Shown here piece by piece: positions 43,721-58,385 of a stretch of 64,000 nucleotides of DNA; the stretch's first letter is position 1; each line of letters starts with the position of its first letter. The DNA is from Octopus vulgaris (Eukaryota), in contig OX597835.1 in assembly GCA_951406725.2 (NCBI GenBank), forward strand, positions 6,944,001-7,008,000, written 5' to 3'. A program made the translations under genes and the position numbers. A model generated the notes under the pieces. It made no database searches. It was not told the DNA's origin and saw only the letters and a program-made list of their open reading frames with translations.

Positions 43721-44055
43721 ATATAATAAAAAAAAACTATAAAGCACCCTCTGTTCGACAACAATCCAAACGCCCATATTTTACTATTGTGGATTTGAAC
43801 CCCCTCATCGCTGATTATCCGTTTTGTCCTTCCGAAGTCAAACTAATAACGTAACTGTCACACGCTGGAGACAATTTATTTCCTTTGTCTCTCCGACCAC
43901 AATTTCATGGGATTTTATGTTGTTTAAAGATCATAGTTATTATTACTAATATTATTTTTATTAGCGGTGTGTTTCTTGAGTTTGAGAAGTGTATTATAGT
44001 GTAGCAAGTTCACATGCAGCATTCAGCATGTGTGTGTATATGTGCTGAATGTTCT

Positions 44056-44086
<31 letters not shown>

Positions 44087-44344
44087 TTGATGGGAATTAC
44101 TCAAGGCAATATGCTATTATAGACAGAAGAACAAGTGGCGTACGTATGAGACATTAGTCTCACAAATAATCATATGCGGTAATTCAGATACATACACACA
44201 CACACACACACACACGCACACACACACACACGCACACACACACACATATATGTATATATACACACATACATACACACAGACATATGTATATGTGTGTGTG
44301 TGTGTAAGTTTAGAGGGATATAATATCCGGGGCGGATGCCGTAG

Positions 44345-44560
44345 CAGCTCTCAGTTATGTTCCAGATTACGGTTAACCTCAAACTCAACAGGGAAGCCTA
44401 CATCAAGTGATTGGAGGAAGTAGTGCTGCTCTGGGTCAAGAGGGTGTGTCCTGGAAGACCCTATGTCTGGAACCAGGACTCTGCACCATGCCTCACAAGC
44501 AGGAGTACCCAGTAATAGCTGCCATACACATCTTGCGACCAAATTAGCCCTAATATGGTT
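44345..44560 (+). mobile_element. Tc1/mariner (maT/DD37D-like) transposase fragment
   Basis: Translates as LNREAYIK*LEEVVLLWVKRVCPGRPYVWNQDSAPCLTSRSTQ, resembling the QQDSAPCHTS motif. Confidence 0.65.
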
Positions 44561-44569
44561 AGGACTTCT

Positions 44570-44720
44570 TTCGGATTCCGTCTACAAATCCACTCCCAGG
44601 GCTTTGGTCGGCCAGTGGCTATAGTATAAAACACCTACCTAAGGTGACACGAAGGGAGACTGATCCCGGAACTATGTGGTTCTGCAGCAAGTTTCTTATC
44701 ACACGGCCACGCCTGCCCGT
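44570..44720 (-). mobile_element. SINE B 5' half
   Basis: Reverse complement of the family head. Confidence 0.7.
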
Positions 44721-44747
44721 TATCACACAGCTGCGCATATGTACAAA

Positions 44748-44806
<59 letters not shown>

Positions 44807-44808
<2 letters not shown>

Positions 44809-45015
44809 CGGGAAGCTTTATGAAAATAAACAAAAGACGAAGGCAGGTGGAGTACAAACAAACAATTGTATTAGTATGGCGCTCAGGACTATAAATAAAA
44901 CAAGTCTTTTATGTTTCGAGCCTACGCTCTTCAACAGAAAGATACACAGAAAAGAAACACGGAAAGAAACAAGGAGAGAAAAAAAATGCGTGCAAAAGCT
45001 AGCGATTCAACATGG
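44807..45015 (-). mobile_element. Family E copy
   Basis: Reverse complement of the 16620 and 34430 elements, with the motif at 44905-44942. Confidence 0.65.
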
Positions 45016-45030
45016 CGATATATATATATA

Positions 45031-45084
<54 letters not shown>

Positions 45085-45587
45085 CGTGTGTGTGTGTGTG
45101 TTTGCGTGTCTGTTTGTTTAGATTTATATATTAATGCAAACATTGCACAGAGTTAGACATGTAAGGTAAAGCCACGGGGTGCCTGGTTTAGTTTTGCAAT
45201 ATTATGACGAGACCAATTCTACTAAAGTACATGTAGTACAAGCACTCGTTATGGTTCAAGCTGGTCTTAAATACCAGTTAACGAATTAGTTAATTAATAT
45301 GAGGATTAATCAAATTCACAAAGTCTTTCGCTACGAACTGCGACCTTAACTATGATATGCCCATCGTGTGTTTCTCTGCCTAATTGATTACCAAAATCAA
45401 CCAACTAATTAATTAATTAACTGAACCATATGGATGGGAAGCTAGCTTCTTACGACACATATAAATATATATACATATACATATATATATGTATATACAT
45501 AAATATATATACATACATATATATATAGTACGTTTAAATATTTGTTGTGCAAGATTTTTTATGTGAAGTCGTGTGTTGAAACAGATA

Positions 45588-45702
45588 TTGTTATATTTCG
45601 GAATGGTCATAATGCCAGTTTAGCCAATAAAATAACACCAAATATATAGTGCGTGTGTTTTTATTGGCTAAACTGGCAATATGACCATTCCGAAATATAA
45701 CA

Positions 45703-45703
<1 letters not shown>
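45588..45703. repeat. Fold-back with arms of about 45 bp
   Basis: ttgttatatttcggaatggtcataatgccagtttagccaataaaa pairs with ttttattggctaaactggcaatatgaccattccgaaatataacaa. Confidence 0.9.
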
Positions 45704-45763
<60 letters not shown>

Positions 45764-45833
45764 CATACATCCGTTTTTACATGCATACATACATACACAT
45801 ATATATATACATACATGCATAATATATATATAA

Positions 45834-45878
<45 letters not shown>

Positions 45879-45885
<7 letters not shown>

Positions 45886-46086
45886 AAATTAGAGACAAAA
45901 CCACTATTATGCAAATCAAACAAAGAAAGACTTAAGCCAATACATAAAATAATTTATATAAATTAAAATTTAACTTATGGTTATTCATTTGTTAAATTTT
46001 AATTTATATAAATTATTTTATGTATTGGCTTAAGTCTTTCTTTGTTTGATTTGCATAATAATGGTTTTGTCTCCAATTTATTATAA
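45879..46086. repeat. Near-perfect fold-back with arms of about 95 bp and a 16-nt spacer
   Basis: 45879-45974 is the reverse complement of 45991-46086 with about two mismatches. Confidence 0.9.
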
Positions 46087-46163
46087 TATAATATTTTACT
46101 ATAAAATTGGATTCAATCTTAAATCTGATTTTTCCTTGTAAATTTGGATTTATTCCCTAATAT

Positions 46164-46219
<56 letters not shown>

Positions 46220-46287
46220 TTAAGGGTAGTAAAATATTAGCGTGTAGTAAAACTAGTCAATAGACTTTATATTATTCCTTATATATA

Positions 46288-46430
46288 CAGTGTACATTTA
46301 AACACAAAAGAGATGGCCATAATCGGACATCTAAACCGCTAGAAGTAGTTAAAATTTGGATTTTAACTACTCCTTCTAGCGGTTTAGTTGTCCAACTGTG
46401 GCTATCTCTAATTTGTCTAAATGTACACTG
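46288..46430. repeat. Imperfect 143-bp palindrome (hairpin element)
   Basis: cagtgtacattta...cgctagaagtagttaaaat-ttgg-attttaactactccttctagcg...taaatgtacactg. Confidence 0.8.
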
Positions 46431-46444
46431 TGAGCCTTGCGAGT

Positions 46445-47280
46445 AGATTTTGAGGGAAGGGGCTAAGTCGATAAAATCTATCCACGTGCTCAGCTGGTAG
46501 TTATTTTATCTACCCTGAAGTGCTGAAAGGCAAGCCCACCTTGGCGACATTGGACCTAGAGCGTAAGGACGGGGGTCGATAAATTAAGTACCAGTTACGC
46601 ACTGGGGTCGATGTAATCGACCTAATCCCTTTATCTGACCTTCTTTGTCCCCTCTATGTTTGGTCCATTGTAGGTAGTAAAGAAATAGGTATTTCGTCTG
46701 CCACTACGTTCGGAGTTCAAATTCCGTCGAGGTTGACTTTGCAGTTCATCCTTTCAGGGTCGGTTAAATAAGTACCAGTTACGCACTGGGGTCGACATAA
46801 TCGACTTAATCCGTTTGTCTGTCCTTATTTGTCCTCTCTGTGTTTAGCCCCCTGTAGGTAATAAAGAAATAAGTATTTCGCTTGTCGCTTCGTTCTGAGT
46901 TCAAATTCCACCGAGGTAAACTTTGTCTTTCATCCTTTCGGGTTCGATAAATTTATGTACCAGTTACGCACTGGGGACGATGTAATCGACTATCTCCCTT
47001 CCCCCTAAAAGTTTCAAGGGATTGTACCTAGAGTAGAAATAATTACATATTAGTATTCCGAACATCAAGGCGACGAGCTGGCATAATTGTTAGCGAACCA
47101 GGCAAAGTGCTTAGTGGTCTTTGCGGTCTGAGTTCACACTCTGCAGTGGTTGACTTTGCCTTTCATCATCACGGGGTCGAAAAAATTGGTAACAGTTGAA
47201 CACTGGGATTCATGTAAAAGACTATTTCCTTCCACGTAATTGCTGGTCTTGTGCCGAAATTTGAAATCAATATTTCTGAA
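46445..47280. mobile_element. SINE A cluster (older antisense copy, multimer and diverged copy)
   Basis: Repeated units of about 150 bp of the family core on +. 46445-46570 is in the opposite orientation. Confidence 0.8.
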
Positions 47281-47286
47281 TATGGG

Positions 47287-47595
47287 TGCAGGCGTGACTG
47301 TGTGGCAAGAAGCTTGCTTCGCAACCACATAGTTTCGGGCTCAGTCCCAATCCGTGGCACCTTCGGCAAGTATCTTCTACTATAGCCTAGAAACGACCAA
47401 AGCCTTGTGCGTAAATTTGGTAGACGGAAACTGAAAGAAGCCCATCGTATATATATATATTCTTTTGCTTGTTTCAGTCATTTGACTGTGGCTATGGTGG
47501 AGCACCACCTTATATATGATATATATATATATATATATATATATACTATATATCAATGTGTGTGTGTCTTTGTGTTGACAAGTTGTGTGTCTTTG

Positions 47596-47633
<38 letters not shown>

Positions 47634-47726
47634 CATATATATCAATGTGTGTGTGTCTTTGTGTTTGACAACCGCTGTTGGTATGTTTTATGTCTTATAT
47701 ATAGGACGTAACCACGTCTTATATAC

Positions 47727-47785
<59 letters not shown>

Positions 47786-48080
47786 TACATACATACATAC
47801 ATACAAACATATAAGCCCATCTTATATAGAGATATGAGTATGTATTTATGTGTGTGTCTGTGTTTGTCCCCTCTCCCATTATCGTTTGACAACCAACGCT
47901 GGCGTATTTAGGTCCCAGTATCCCAGCGGTTCAGCAAAAGAGACCGATAGAATAAGTTACGAGGCTTACTACAGAATAAGTCCTGCGGTCTATTTCTTCG
48001 AGTAAGAAAAAAAAATGAATTTCAAGACGGTGCTCCAGCATGGCTTCAGTCAAACGTCTGAAACAATTAAAAGATTGAAA
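47287..48080 (+). mobile_element. SINE B with an expanded, rearranged middle
   Basis: Head at 47287 and 3' half at 47855-48075. It ends about 140 bp from the cyclase exon donor. Confidence 0.75.
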
Positions 48081-48217
48081 GAACTGTCCAGTTTTACTGC
48101 TTCCATCAAGGAACATGTACAGTTGTGTAGTAACTTGTTGATACTGTGCGTCGAACAAAAAGGTAGTTCTTAGAAAACATGCAAATATCAAAGTTGAAAT
48201 GGAAAAGATATAATTAC

Positions 48218-48380
48218 TTCTGAAATACGCATGCTCGTCTTCTCGCCGATAGGTGGCGGCTCTGATTTGTAGAATTCCATAATCCGTGACCTGTAATGTC
48301 CATCGGCTGGAAATGACGCAGTTGGAACTCTTCAAGTTTCCATGGTAACCGAGCTCACTCTCGTGGATAACGATCATTCC
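48218..48380 (-). CDS. Internal exon of a receptor-type (membrane) guanylate cyclase, kinase-homology domain; Gyc76C/NPR-like
   Basis: Minus strand reads ttgaatacag|GGA ATG ATC...TTC AGA A|gtaatta. The exon is 163 bp, phase 0 to 1, and encodes [63 protein letters not shown] is the signature of receptor GC pseudokinase domains. From recall, the exon boundaries match the NPR1/NPR2 exon and the sequence is closest to Drosophila Gyc76C. Confidence 0.95.
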
Positions 48381-48526
48381 CTGTATTCAAGTAGAAGATT
48401 TTTATTATTTTATATGAATATTCATATGTGCACATACGCACGTATATATAGATATACATACATGCATACATACATGTATATATATATATCATATATATAT
48501 ATATATACAAATGTATGCATACATAT

Positions 48527-48560
<34 letters not shown>

Positions 48561-48718
48561 CATATATATACATACATATATATATATATATATACACACA
48601 TACATATATACATATATGATTATCTATATATATACTTGCACACACCACATCCTCACAGATACACATATATATATATACATACACACACATATATATATAC
48701 ATTTTATACATAATCTCA

Positions 48719-48751
<33 letters not shown>

Positions 48752-48769
48752 TGTATGTATGTATATATA

Positions 48770-49153
<384 letters not shown>

Positions 49154-49692
49154 CAATCCTGGATCACCTCTTGAACAGGATTACCAGATGCAGTATTTTT
49201 CAGACATACAAAGTCTACATTGTACCAGTGGTATCGTTTAAAATCACACATTTGTCAGCATATGAAGAGAACAATGGGGAAGAAGGATAAAACGATGCAG
49301 TTTCTGCTTTTCTTTTATATTTTGTTTTTACTTTAATAATGGTATTTTCGAATCTAGTATTCCCGGAAGTGAATTCACTAATAAATTCTGAAATGAAATT
49401 GTTATGATAATTTGATTAGGTACTGTCATGAAAATCCGCTAGCCTGGAGGAGCTGCACGAGGTATTTCTTCATTAAAGAGTGTCGGCTACTCTCTGCCAC
49501 TTCAAACACAGTTTCACCAACATTCTTATCTTCGGGGTTGTATATTACTAATTATAAAAGCTTATTAATTCCAGCAAACGTGTGTGACGCATTCCTTAGG
49601 ACGAATCTGCCAGCTTGTCTCAGTTTATGATTGATATATATATATGTTCATATATATATATATGTATATATATGTATATATATGTTTATATA

Positions 49693-49747
<55 letters not shown>

Positions 49748-49919
49748 ATGCACATACATATATACATACATTCATATATACCTCTTTCGTTGCTCAAAAA
49801 TTGAAAAAATTGTTCATATTCCATGTACTCGTACTTCGTATTGTATTGTTGTACAGGTTTCATGACATCCTGTACCGGCATATGTATATGTGTATACACA
49901 TATATACATGTATATATAA

Positions 49920-49996
<77 letters not shown>

Positions 49997-50265
49997 AGTA
50001 GGTGAATGAATTATCCTATGTTTATCGTCAGCATGGAAAATTCGTTTAACTGTCTTCGAAACATATGTCGAGAGTAAAGGAATTTTGATAACATCTTCGT
50101 TCGACTCCATTCTTTCATTTATTCATATCGCCCCAGGACTTGCTCTTTGTAAGCGAAGTACTTATTTTACCCGTCTCTTTGCTGAAGCGTAAAGTTATGC
50201 GAACGTAAACACACTAACATCAGGCGTTTATGGGGGGACAAGAAGACACAAAGACACACCCATAA

Positions 50266-50298
<33 letters not shown>

Positions 50299-50299
50299 A

Positions 50300-50793
50300 C
50301 AGTTTCAGAATTCGGCCCAACGCCAGAGTTTTTGGGAGAGGGCCGAAATCGATTAAATCGACAGCAGTACGCGACTGATATATATTTTATCAAGGCGGCG
50401 AGCTGGCAGAAACGTTAGCACGCCGGGCAAAATGCGTAGACGTATTTCGTCTGCCGTTACGTTCTGAGTTCAAATTCCGCCGAGGTCGACTTTGCCTTTC
50501 ATCCTTTCGGGGTCGATAAATTAAGTACCAGTTACGCACTGGGGTCGATATAATCGACTTAATCCGTTTGACTGTCCTTGTTTGTCCTCTCTGTGTTTGG
50601 CCCCTTGTGGGTAGTAAATAAATAGGTATTTCCTCTGCCGCTACGTTCTGAGTTCAATCTCCGCCGAGGTCGATTTTGCCTCTCATCATTCTGGGTCAAT
50701 AAATTTAGTACCAGTTGTAGACTGGGGTCGATCTAATCGATTGGCTACCTCCCCGCCCCAAATTTCGGTCCTTGTCCCGAGAGTAGAAAAGAA
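50300..50793 (+). mobile_element. SINE A dimer (50392-50793) preceded by an antisense fragment
   Basis: Head aaggcggcgagctggcagaaacgttagc and two core units. Confidence 0.85.
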
Positions 50794-50799
50794 TATTTA

Positions 50800-51040
50800 A
50801 GCAAGGATTATGGCAGCATTCACCAACTTAAAGAAGATGGCCGTGAAGAAGAGTTGCAGGAGATTCCAAAGTCGTTTGAAGGCCATGGTTGAAACCAATG
50901 GTGATTTCATTGAATAAATTCACTCTTATGTATTTCAAGATATTTTTATGTAATTTTGGTAAATATATCTGTTAAAACGAGATGTCAGAGTTATTTTCAT
51001 ATTTGCGTAATTTAGACGATTGTTTATTCACTTCATACGG
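50800..51040 (+). mobile_element. Tc1/mariner (maT-like) transposase C-terminal remnant
   Basis: Translates as ARIMAAFTNLKKMAVKKSCRRFQSRLKAMVETNGDFIE*. Confidence 0.65.
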
Positions 51041-51523
51041 TGGTGGGGAGGCGGAGAAAGAGAGGCATGCTACTATGTCTGATTCAAGTTAATAATATTC
51101 TGTAGCTATTGTAATATGATATGATATATCTACATATATAGATCTGTACTATCTTTGATAGAGCTTTCACATGCAATATAACCATGTACAGATACATTAT
51201 GTTCGAGGGTAGTGTGTGTGTGTTTGGGTGTCCAATCAAATTGATTGATTGTCTTAGATTTTCGCAAGGATAAAAATATTGGTAGGCCAGATAAGCTATT
51301 TTGGAGCATCTTCTACACCTCTTCCATTCCGTAAAAGTACACATAGATACGCGTCCACACATGCATACACGCGCGCAACTCCACCCCACACACATATGTA
51401 TATAAATGTATATATATATATATGATTATGTATATATATGTGTGATTACATATATATTTATCCATATGATAATATATACATATATATTTGTAATATATGC
51501 ACATGCACTGATATATATAGATA

Positions 51524-51933
51524 TATTCACTGATTTATGTATATATATATGTGTATATATATAAATATATATATATGTGTGTGTGTGTTTATATATAGAT
51601 GTATATGTATATATATATATAATAATTATATATAGCTATATATTTTAGTTACATGAGTACATGTACATATATATGGGTATTTGATTATATATGCATATAT
51701 ATATTGTGTGATTTATTCACTGATTTATGTATATATATATGTGTATATATATAAATATATATATATGTGTGTGTGTGTTTATATATAGATGTATATGTAT
51801 ATATATATATAATAATTATATATAGCTATATATTTTAGTTACATGAGTACATGTACATATATATGGGCATTTGATTATATATGCATATATATATTGTGTG
51901 ATTTATTCACTGATTTATGTATATATATATGTG

Positions 51934-51978
<45 letters not shown>

Positions 51979-52112
51979 TTATATATATATATACAGATGT
52001 ATATGTATATATATATATATATATAATAATTATAGATAGCTATATATTTAGTTACATGTGTACATGTACATATATATGGCTATTTGACTATATATGCATA
52101 TATATATTGTGT
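51524..52112. repeat. Tandem triplication of a 190-bp unit
   Basis: tattcactgatttatg starts at 51524, 51714 and 51904. Confidence 0.9.
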
Positions 52113-52319
52113 GTGTGCGCGTGTGTGTGCGCTCGTGTGTATATAATTAGATGTAGATCAACAAGTACTTATTCTCGAGTAAACTCATGTAGTTCTCTCT
52201 CGTTTCGTTAATACATAATGCAGCGACATCAAAATCTCTGGGGAACCACAAGATCTCCGAATCTTTTTCCTTTCAAACTAATTTATACTCACAGCAGCAT
52301 TAATCTGTTGTACATTGAT

Positions 52320-53045
52320 TTAAGAGAAGAAGAAGAAGAAGAAGAAGAAGAAGAAGAAGGAGAAGAAGAAGAAGAAGAAGAAGGCAGTAGTAGCAGGTTT
52401 AGTAGAAGGAGGAGGAGGAGGAGAAGAGGAAGAAGAGAAAAGAAATAGGAGTAAAAGGAGAGAAGGAAGTAGTAGTTGTAGTAACAGTACTAGAAGAAGG
52501 TGGAGAAGGAGAAGAAAAGGAAGAAAAGAAGAAGAAGAAAAAGAAGAAGAAGCAGAAGCAGAAAAGAAGGAGAAAAAGAAGAAGAAAAGGAAGAAAAGAA
52601 GAAGAAGCAGAAAAGGAGAAAAAGAAGAAGAAGAAGTATAAAAGAAGAAGAAGAAGGAGAGGAAGGAGAAGAAGAAGCAGAAAAGAAAAGAGGAAGAAGA
52701 AGAAGGGGAAGGAGAGGAAGAAGAAGAAGCAGAAGAAGAAGAAAGAGGAGAAAAGGAAGAAGTGAAAAGAAGAAAAAGAAGAAAAAGAAGATAGAAAAGA
52801 AGAAAAAGAAGAATATAAAGAAGAAGAAGAAAAACGAAGAATAAGAATAAGAATATGAAGAAAAAGAAGAAGAAGACAGAAAAGAAGAAAAAGAAGAATA
52901 TAAAGAAGAAGAAGAAAAACGAAGAATAAGAATAAGAATATGAAGAAGAAGAAAAACGAAGAAGAAGAATAAGAAGAGAGGGGAAGAAGAGGAAGAAGGA
53001 GAAGTAGAAGAAAAAGAAGAAGAATAATAAGAAGAAGATGAAGGA
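52320..53045. repeat. Polypurine (GAA)n-rich tract
   Basis: Directly visible. Confidence 0.95.
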
Positions 53046-53209
53046 ATATATAAGAGGAATAAACAACAAGGTGGCAAATTGTCTTGCCACGAAAAATGTG
53101 TTCTCAAGAAATTACAAGAAACGCCAGGATGTGAAACGAGCAAGACATGAAAAGATAGAAAATTTGGTGGTTATTCCACTTATATATGTGTGTGTGTATG
53201 TATATATGT

Positions 53210-53252
<43 letters not shown>

Positions 53253-53577
53253 TGTGTGTGTGTATGTGCAACCAATGGAGAGAGTGGGAAAAGGACTGAA
53301 AGAGAGAGGACATAAGGAAGAGAGAGAGAGAAAGAAAGATTTGTGTCGGGGGGAGTGTGGAATGGTTTTGTCGGTGAGAAAAATCAATCTAATATTGAAA
53401 AACTATGGAAAACTTCTATAACATCAATGAGAAGAATAAAGTACGGAACCGCGGAACTGCAAACAACGCAAAATTTTAAAGAGTTGAATAGGATAATACC
53501 GGAATTATAGACGACTGGTTGAACCAGGAAATGACATGAAACAGCGGAAAACAGGCAGAAAACCGAAAATAGATACG

Positions 53578-53999
53578 ACGCAGGAGTGGCTGTGTGGTAA
53601 GTAGCTTGCTAACCAACCACATGGTTCCGGGTTCAGTCCCACTGCGTGGCATCTTGGGCAAGTGTCTTCTGCTATAGACCCGGGCCGACCAAAGCCTTGT
53701 GAGTGGATTTGGTAGACGGAAACTGAAAGAAGCCTGTCGTATATATGTATATATATATATATGTATGTGTGTATGTGTTTGTGTGTCTGTGTTTGTCCCC
53801 CCAACATTGCTTGACAACCGATGCTGGTGTGTTTATGTCCCCGTCACCTAGCGGTTCGGCAAAAAAGACCGATAGAAGAAGTACTGGGCTTACAAAGAAT
53901 AAGTCCCGGCGTCGATTTGCTCGACTAAAAGGCGGTGCTCCAGCATGGCCACAGTCAAATGACTGAAACAAGTAAAAGAGAGTAAAGAGTATATGTATG

Positions 54000-54030
<31 letters not shown>

Positions 54031-54270
54031 ATATATATGTATATATATGTGTGTGTGTTTGTGTGTCTGTGTTTGTCCCCCTAGCATTGCTTGACAACCG
54101 ATGCTGGTGTGTTTACGTCCCCGTCACCTAGCGGTTCGGCAAAAGAGACCGATAGAAGAAGTACTGGGCTTACAAAGAATAAGTCCCGGCGTCGATTTGC
54201 TCGACTAAAAAGGCGGTGCTCCAGCATGGCCGCAGTCGAATGACTGTAACAAGTAAGAGTAAGAAAAGAA
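53578..54270 (+). mobile_element. SINE B with a tandemly duplicated 3' half
   Basis: The 3' half is present twice, at about 53775-53990 and 54055-54265. Confidence 0.85.
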
Positions 54271-54498
54271 AGAGATATCAAAATAAGATTTTGAATATTT
54301 TTCTCAAAGAAAACCGCGATCGCACAGACTTCCTCGAGTTGTCTATGATTGTGAAATCCGGATAAGCGACAGAGGTCGCTCCGAATCTTTCGAAAGGTAA
54401 ACTTATAACAATCAAACTAGCTAGTCAAGAAACTCATGCTTTTGCATAAGGTATAAGTTAGAGGTAGGCTTAGCTATTTGGTTAATCCAATACACACA

Positions 54499-54529
<31 letters not shown>

Positions 54530-55186
54530 AAGGCGGCGAGCTAGCAGAATCGTTATCACGACGGGCGAAATGCTTAATGGTATTTCGTCTGCTGTTACGT
54601 TCTGTCCCCTCTGTGTTTAGCCCCTTGTGGGTAGTAAAGAAATAGGCATTTCGTCTGCCGCTACGTTCTGAGTTCAAATTCCGCCGAGGTCGACTTTGCC
54701 TTTCATCTTTTCGGGGTCGATTAAATAAGTACCAGTTACGCACTGGGGTCGATATGATCGACTTAATCCGTGTGTCTGTCCTTGTTCGTCACCTCTGTGT
54801 TTAGCCCCCTGTGGATGGTAAAGAAATAGGTATTTCGTCTGCCGCTACGTTCTGAGTTCAAATTCCGCCGAGGTTGACTTTGCCATTCATCCTTTTGGGG
54901 TCGATAAATTAAGTACCAGTTACGCACTGGGGTCGATGTAATCGACTTAATCCCTTTAGCTGTCCTTCTTTGTCCTTTCTGTGTTTAGCCCCTTGTGGGT
55001 AGTAAAGAAATAGGTATTTCGTCTGCCGTTACATTCTGAGTTAAAATTTGGGTTAGGTTGTCCTTCGAGGTCAACTTTGCCTTTCGAGGCTGATAAATTA
55101 AGTACCCGCTGCGTACTGAGCTCGATCTAATAGATTGCCCCCCTCCTCAAACATTTCGGGCCTTGTGCCTAGTGTAGAAAAGGATA
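54530..55186 (+). mobile_element. SINE A multimer
   Basis: Head, about three tandem core units and the family tail. Confidence 0.85.
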
Positions 55187-55270
55187 TATATGCGTGTGTG
55201 TGTGTCTATTCTTTAACTCTTATATATGTATATATATATTTATACTTATATATGTATATTTGTATATACT

Positions 55271-55306
<36 letters not shown>

Positions 55307-55357
55307 CATATATATCCACACATATATAAGTATATATACGCACAAACATCCACATAA

Positions 55358-55390
<33 letters not shown>

Positions 55391-55528
55391 GTATACTATA
55401 ATATGATATAGTATGATATATATTAATAATAATATATTATATTACAATATATCATATTGTGAGATATCAAATTATAATATAATATATGATATATAATATA
55501 TATGAGTATACAGACATATACACACACA

Positions 55529-55574
<46 letters not shown>

Positions 55575-55671
55575 AACACATATATATCCTGAGCGTCCAA
55601 TAACACTATACTTGTACCACGCCCTCGCGTTGTTGTGATTTCTCTTTGTGTTTTCATGTTTGGATTAACTG

Positions 55672-55723
<52 letters not shown>

Positions 55724-55754
55724 GATATTTATGCTTATAGATAGATGGATGGAT

Positions 55755-55811
<57 letters not shown>

Positions 55812-56416
55812 CGGATAGGTGGCAACCTTTTCTGTCAGGTCGCCACCTTGCTAATCGTAGATATTAAATCGTATTTAAATTTGTTTCAAATACCTGGATA
55901 CCTCTGGGAATTGATCGAACGATGTATAGGTTTGTAATTCAATATTTTGTGATTTCAATCTTCTCATTGTGACATACACACGTGTATATGTGTGTGTGTA
56001 AAGTTCTATGCTAACACGCGAACACATTTGTATATGTTTGTTTATCGGATATGTCTTATTTACGCTTAATACATACGTACGTATATACATACATACACAT
56101 ACATGCATACATGCATACATACATACATACATACATACATACACACACATACATATATATATATGCATTTATGCGCGACTGTTTACATTTACGTTTACGT
56201 ATGTACGTATGCATATGCGTTTACATTTATATTATAAATATATATTTATATATACACATATATATATATATGAATGTTAATATGTATGTATGTATGTATG
56301 TATTTACAAATATACATGTGCCAATATATATATGTATATATATTCACATATAACGCTATACACGTATGTATGTGTATGCATATATACATACATTCATACA
56401 TATACATACATATATG

Positions 56417-56452
<36 letters not shown>

Positions 56453-56989
56453 AATATACGTATGTGCATGTATGCCTATGTATGTACGGCTACCTATATT
56501 AAACATGCCTGCGTACGTCTGCAGTAGATTGCATTAAAAATATCTTCTGCATATCGAAACTGCTAACATTTATAAAGAACAAGAGAAAACCTTCACAGCT
56601 ATTTAGATATGAAACATTCGTTTGTTTACATTATATTCAGAACAAAACCTTACGAAAACATATCTCTTTAATAGCATTTAGTTAATTTTATTCAATAGAA
56701 TATTCCGTATTGATAACGTGCTATCACACACGCTACAATATGGCTGCCATATTCTAAATGTCGGCTAATCATTTAATAGGTTAATAAAAGGAATGCTTTC
56801 TTAAAATAATCATTTTTAATAGTTTTTCTGTTGAACGTTAAATTATTTCGTTGGAGATTTTTGGAAATTTTTTGTCGGCTTCTTGACGCTAATGTTACTT
56901 TAAGAACTGCTGAACAAAATGTCTGCATATGTATATGTGAATATATATATTACATTGTGTGTGTTTGTGTGTGTATGCGTTTGTGTATG

Positions 56990-57077
<88 letters not shown>

Positions 57078-57275
57078 TTGCACATTTATATGTGTCTATA
57101 TACAGATGTATGTATATATGTATATATATGTTTACATGGTACATGGGGGGGTATGTGTGTATGTCTGTGTATATGTAGATATGGACGCATATAAATGTAT
57201 TCATAGATAATGTATAAACTTTTAAATTCTTAACAGAATTTATATGCACATATATATATATATATATACATATAC

Positions 57276-57321
<46 letters not shown>

Positions 57322-57689
57322 GTATCGGTGCGCACAGAAACATTTGCACTCGCACACACACACACACATAGTCGTAACATTTCCATGATCAAACTTTTTT
57401 TAATAAAATCATAAATTTTGTGAATACTTGTACGAAACGTACTTACATATGTGCATAAATGTTAAATTGAAGTTGTTATTGCAAAATTGAAAGCTGGTTT
57501 AATAATAAAGACGGAAGATTTATGTGTGTGGGGTGGATACTGAGAGCAGGGTGATACTGGATTGTATGATAACTGTTGACTGATATTTGATGTTTCGCCT
57601 GACGGATGATTCGACCCTGTCGGCATTTCCGTATGTATGTATTTTATTTTTTTTTTACTTGTAGGGATTAAACTGCGACTATGCTGGGG

Positions 57690-58170
57690 CAACGTCTTCA
57701 AGAAACTTTAGTCGAACGAATCGTCACGAATACTTATTTTTAAAATATATTTTTTTAACCCTGGTACTAATTCCTTGTGCCTGTGTTTTCGAATCTCTAG
57801 GTTACAGGAACGTAAACACACCAACACCGGGTACCAAGCAATAGTGGAGACAAACGCAGATGCAAAAACACATACACACACATCACACGCATACACAAAC
57901 TCATACGTACACATATATATGTGACTCCTTTTACCCTATTTATAATAATACAACGGGCTTTTTTCAGTTTCCGTCTACCAAATCCACTCACAAGGCTTTG
58001 GTCGGTCCGAGGCTATAGCAGAAGATGCTTGCCCAAGGTGCCACGCAGTGGGACTAAACCCAGAACCATGTGGTTGGTAAGCAAGCTACTTATCACACAG
58101 CCACTCCTACATATATATTCTTTTATTCTTTTACTTGTTTTAGTCAATTGACTTCAGCCATGCTGGAGCA
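57690..58170 (-). mobile_element. SINE B
   Basis: Reverse complement of the family head (57950-58110) and a diverged 3' half. Confidence 0.75.
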
Positions 58171-58178
58171 CACACACA

Positions 58179-58276
<98 letters not shown>

Positions 58277-58385
58277 ATTAATAATATCAAAGTGTAGTTA
58301 GAAATATTTGAAATCTTCATTACCTGTGGCCTAGAGTGTAAAAACTTGCCCAATAGACTATAGATTATTCATATAAATATAGCTC

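Noticed and set aside
42915-43854. Poly-Asp/poly-Met ORFs resembling an acidic biomineralisation protein
   Set aside because: This is a degenerate (GAT)n tract with a frame slip, no signal peptide, and a location antisense within an intron.
47931-48217. 3' part of the 148-aa ORF 47931..48377
   Set aside because: It is read-through past the GT donor at 48217 into intron and SINE B sequence.
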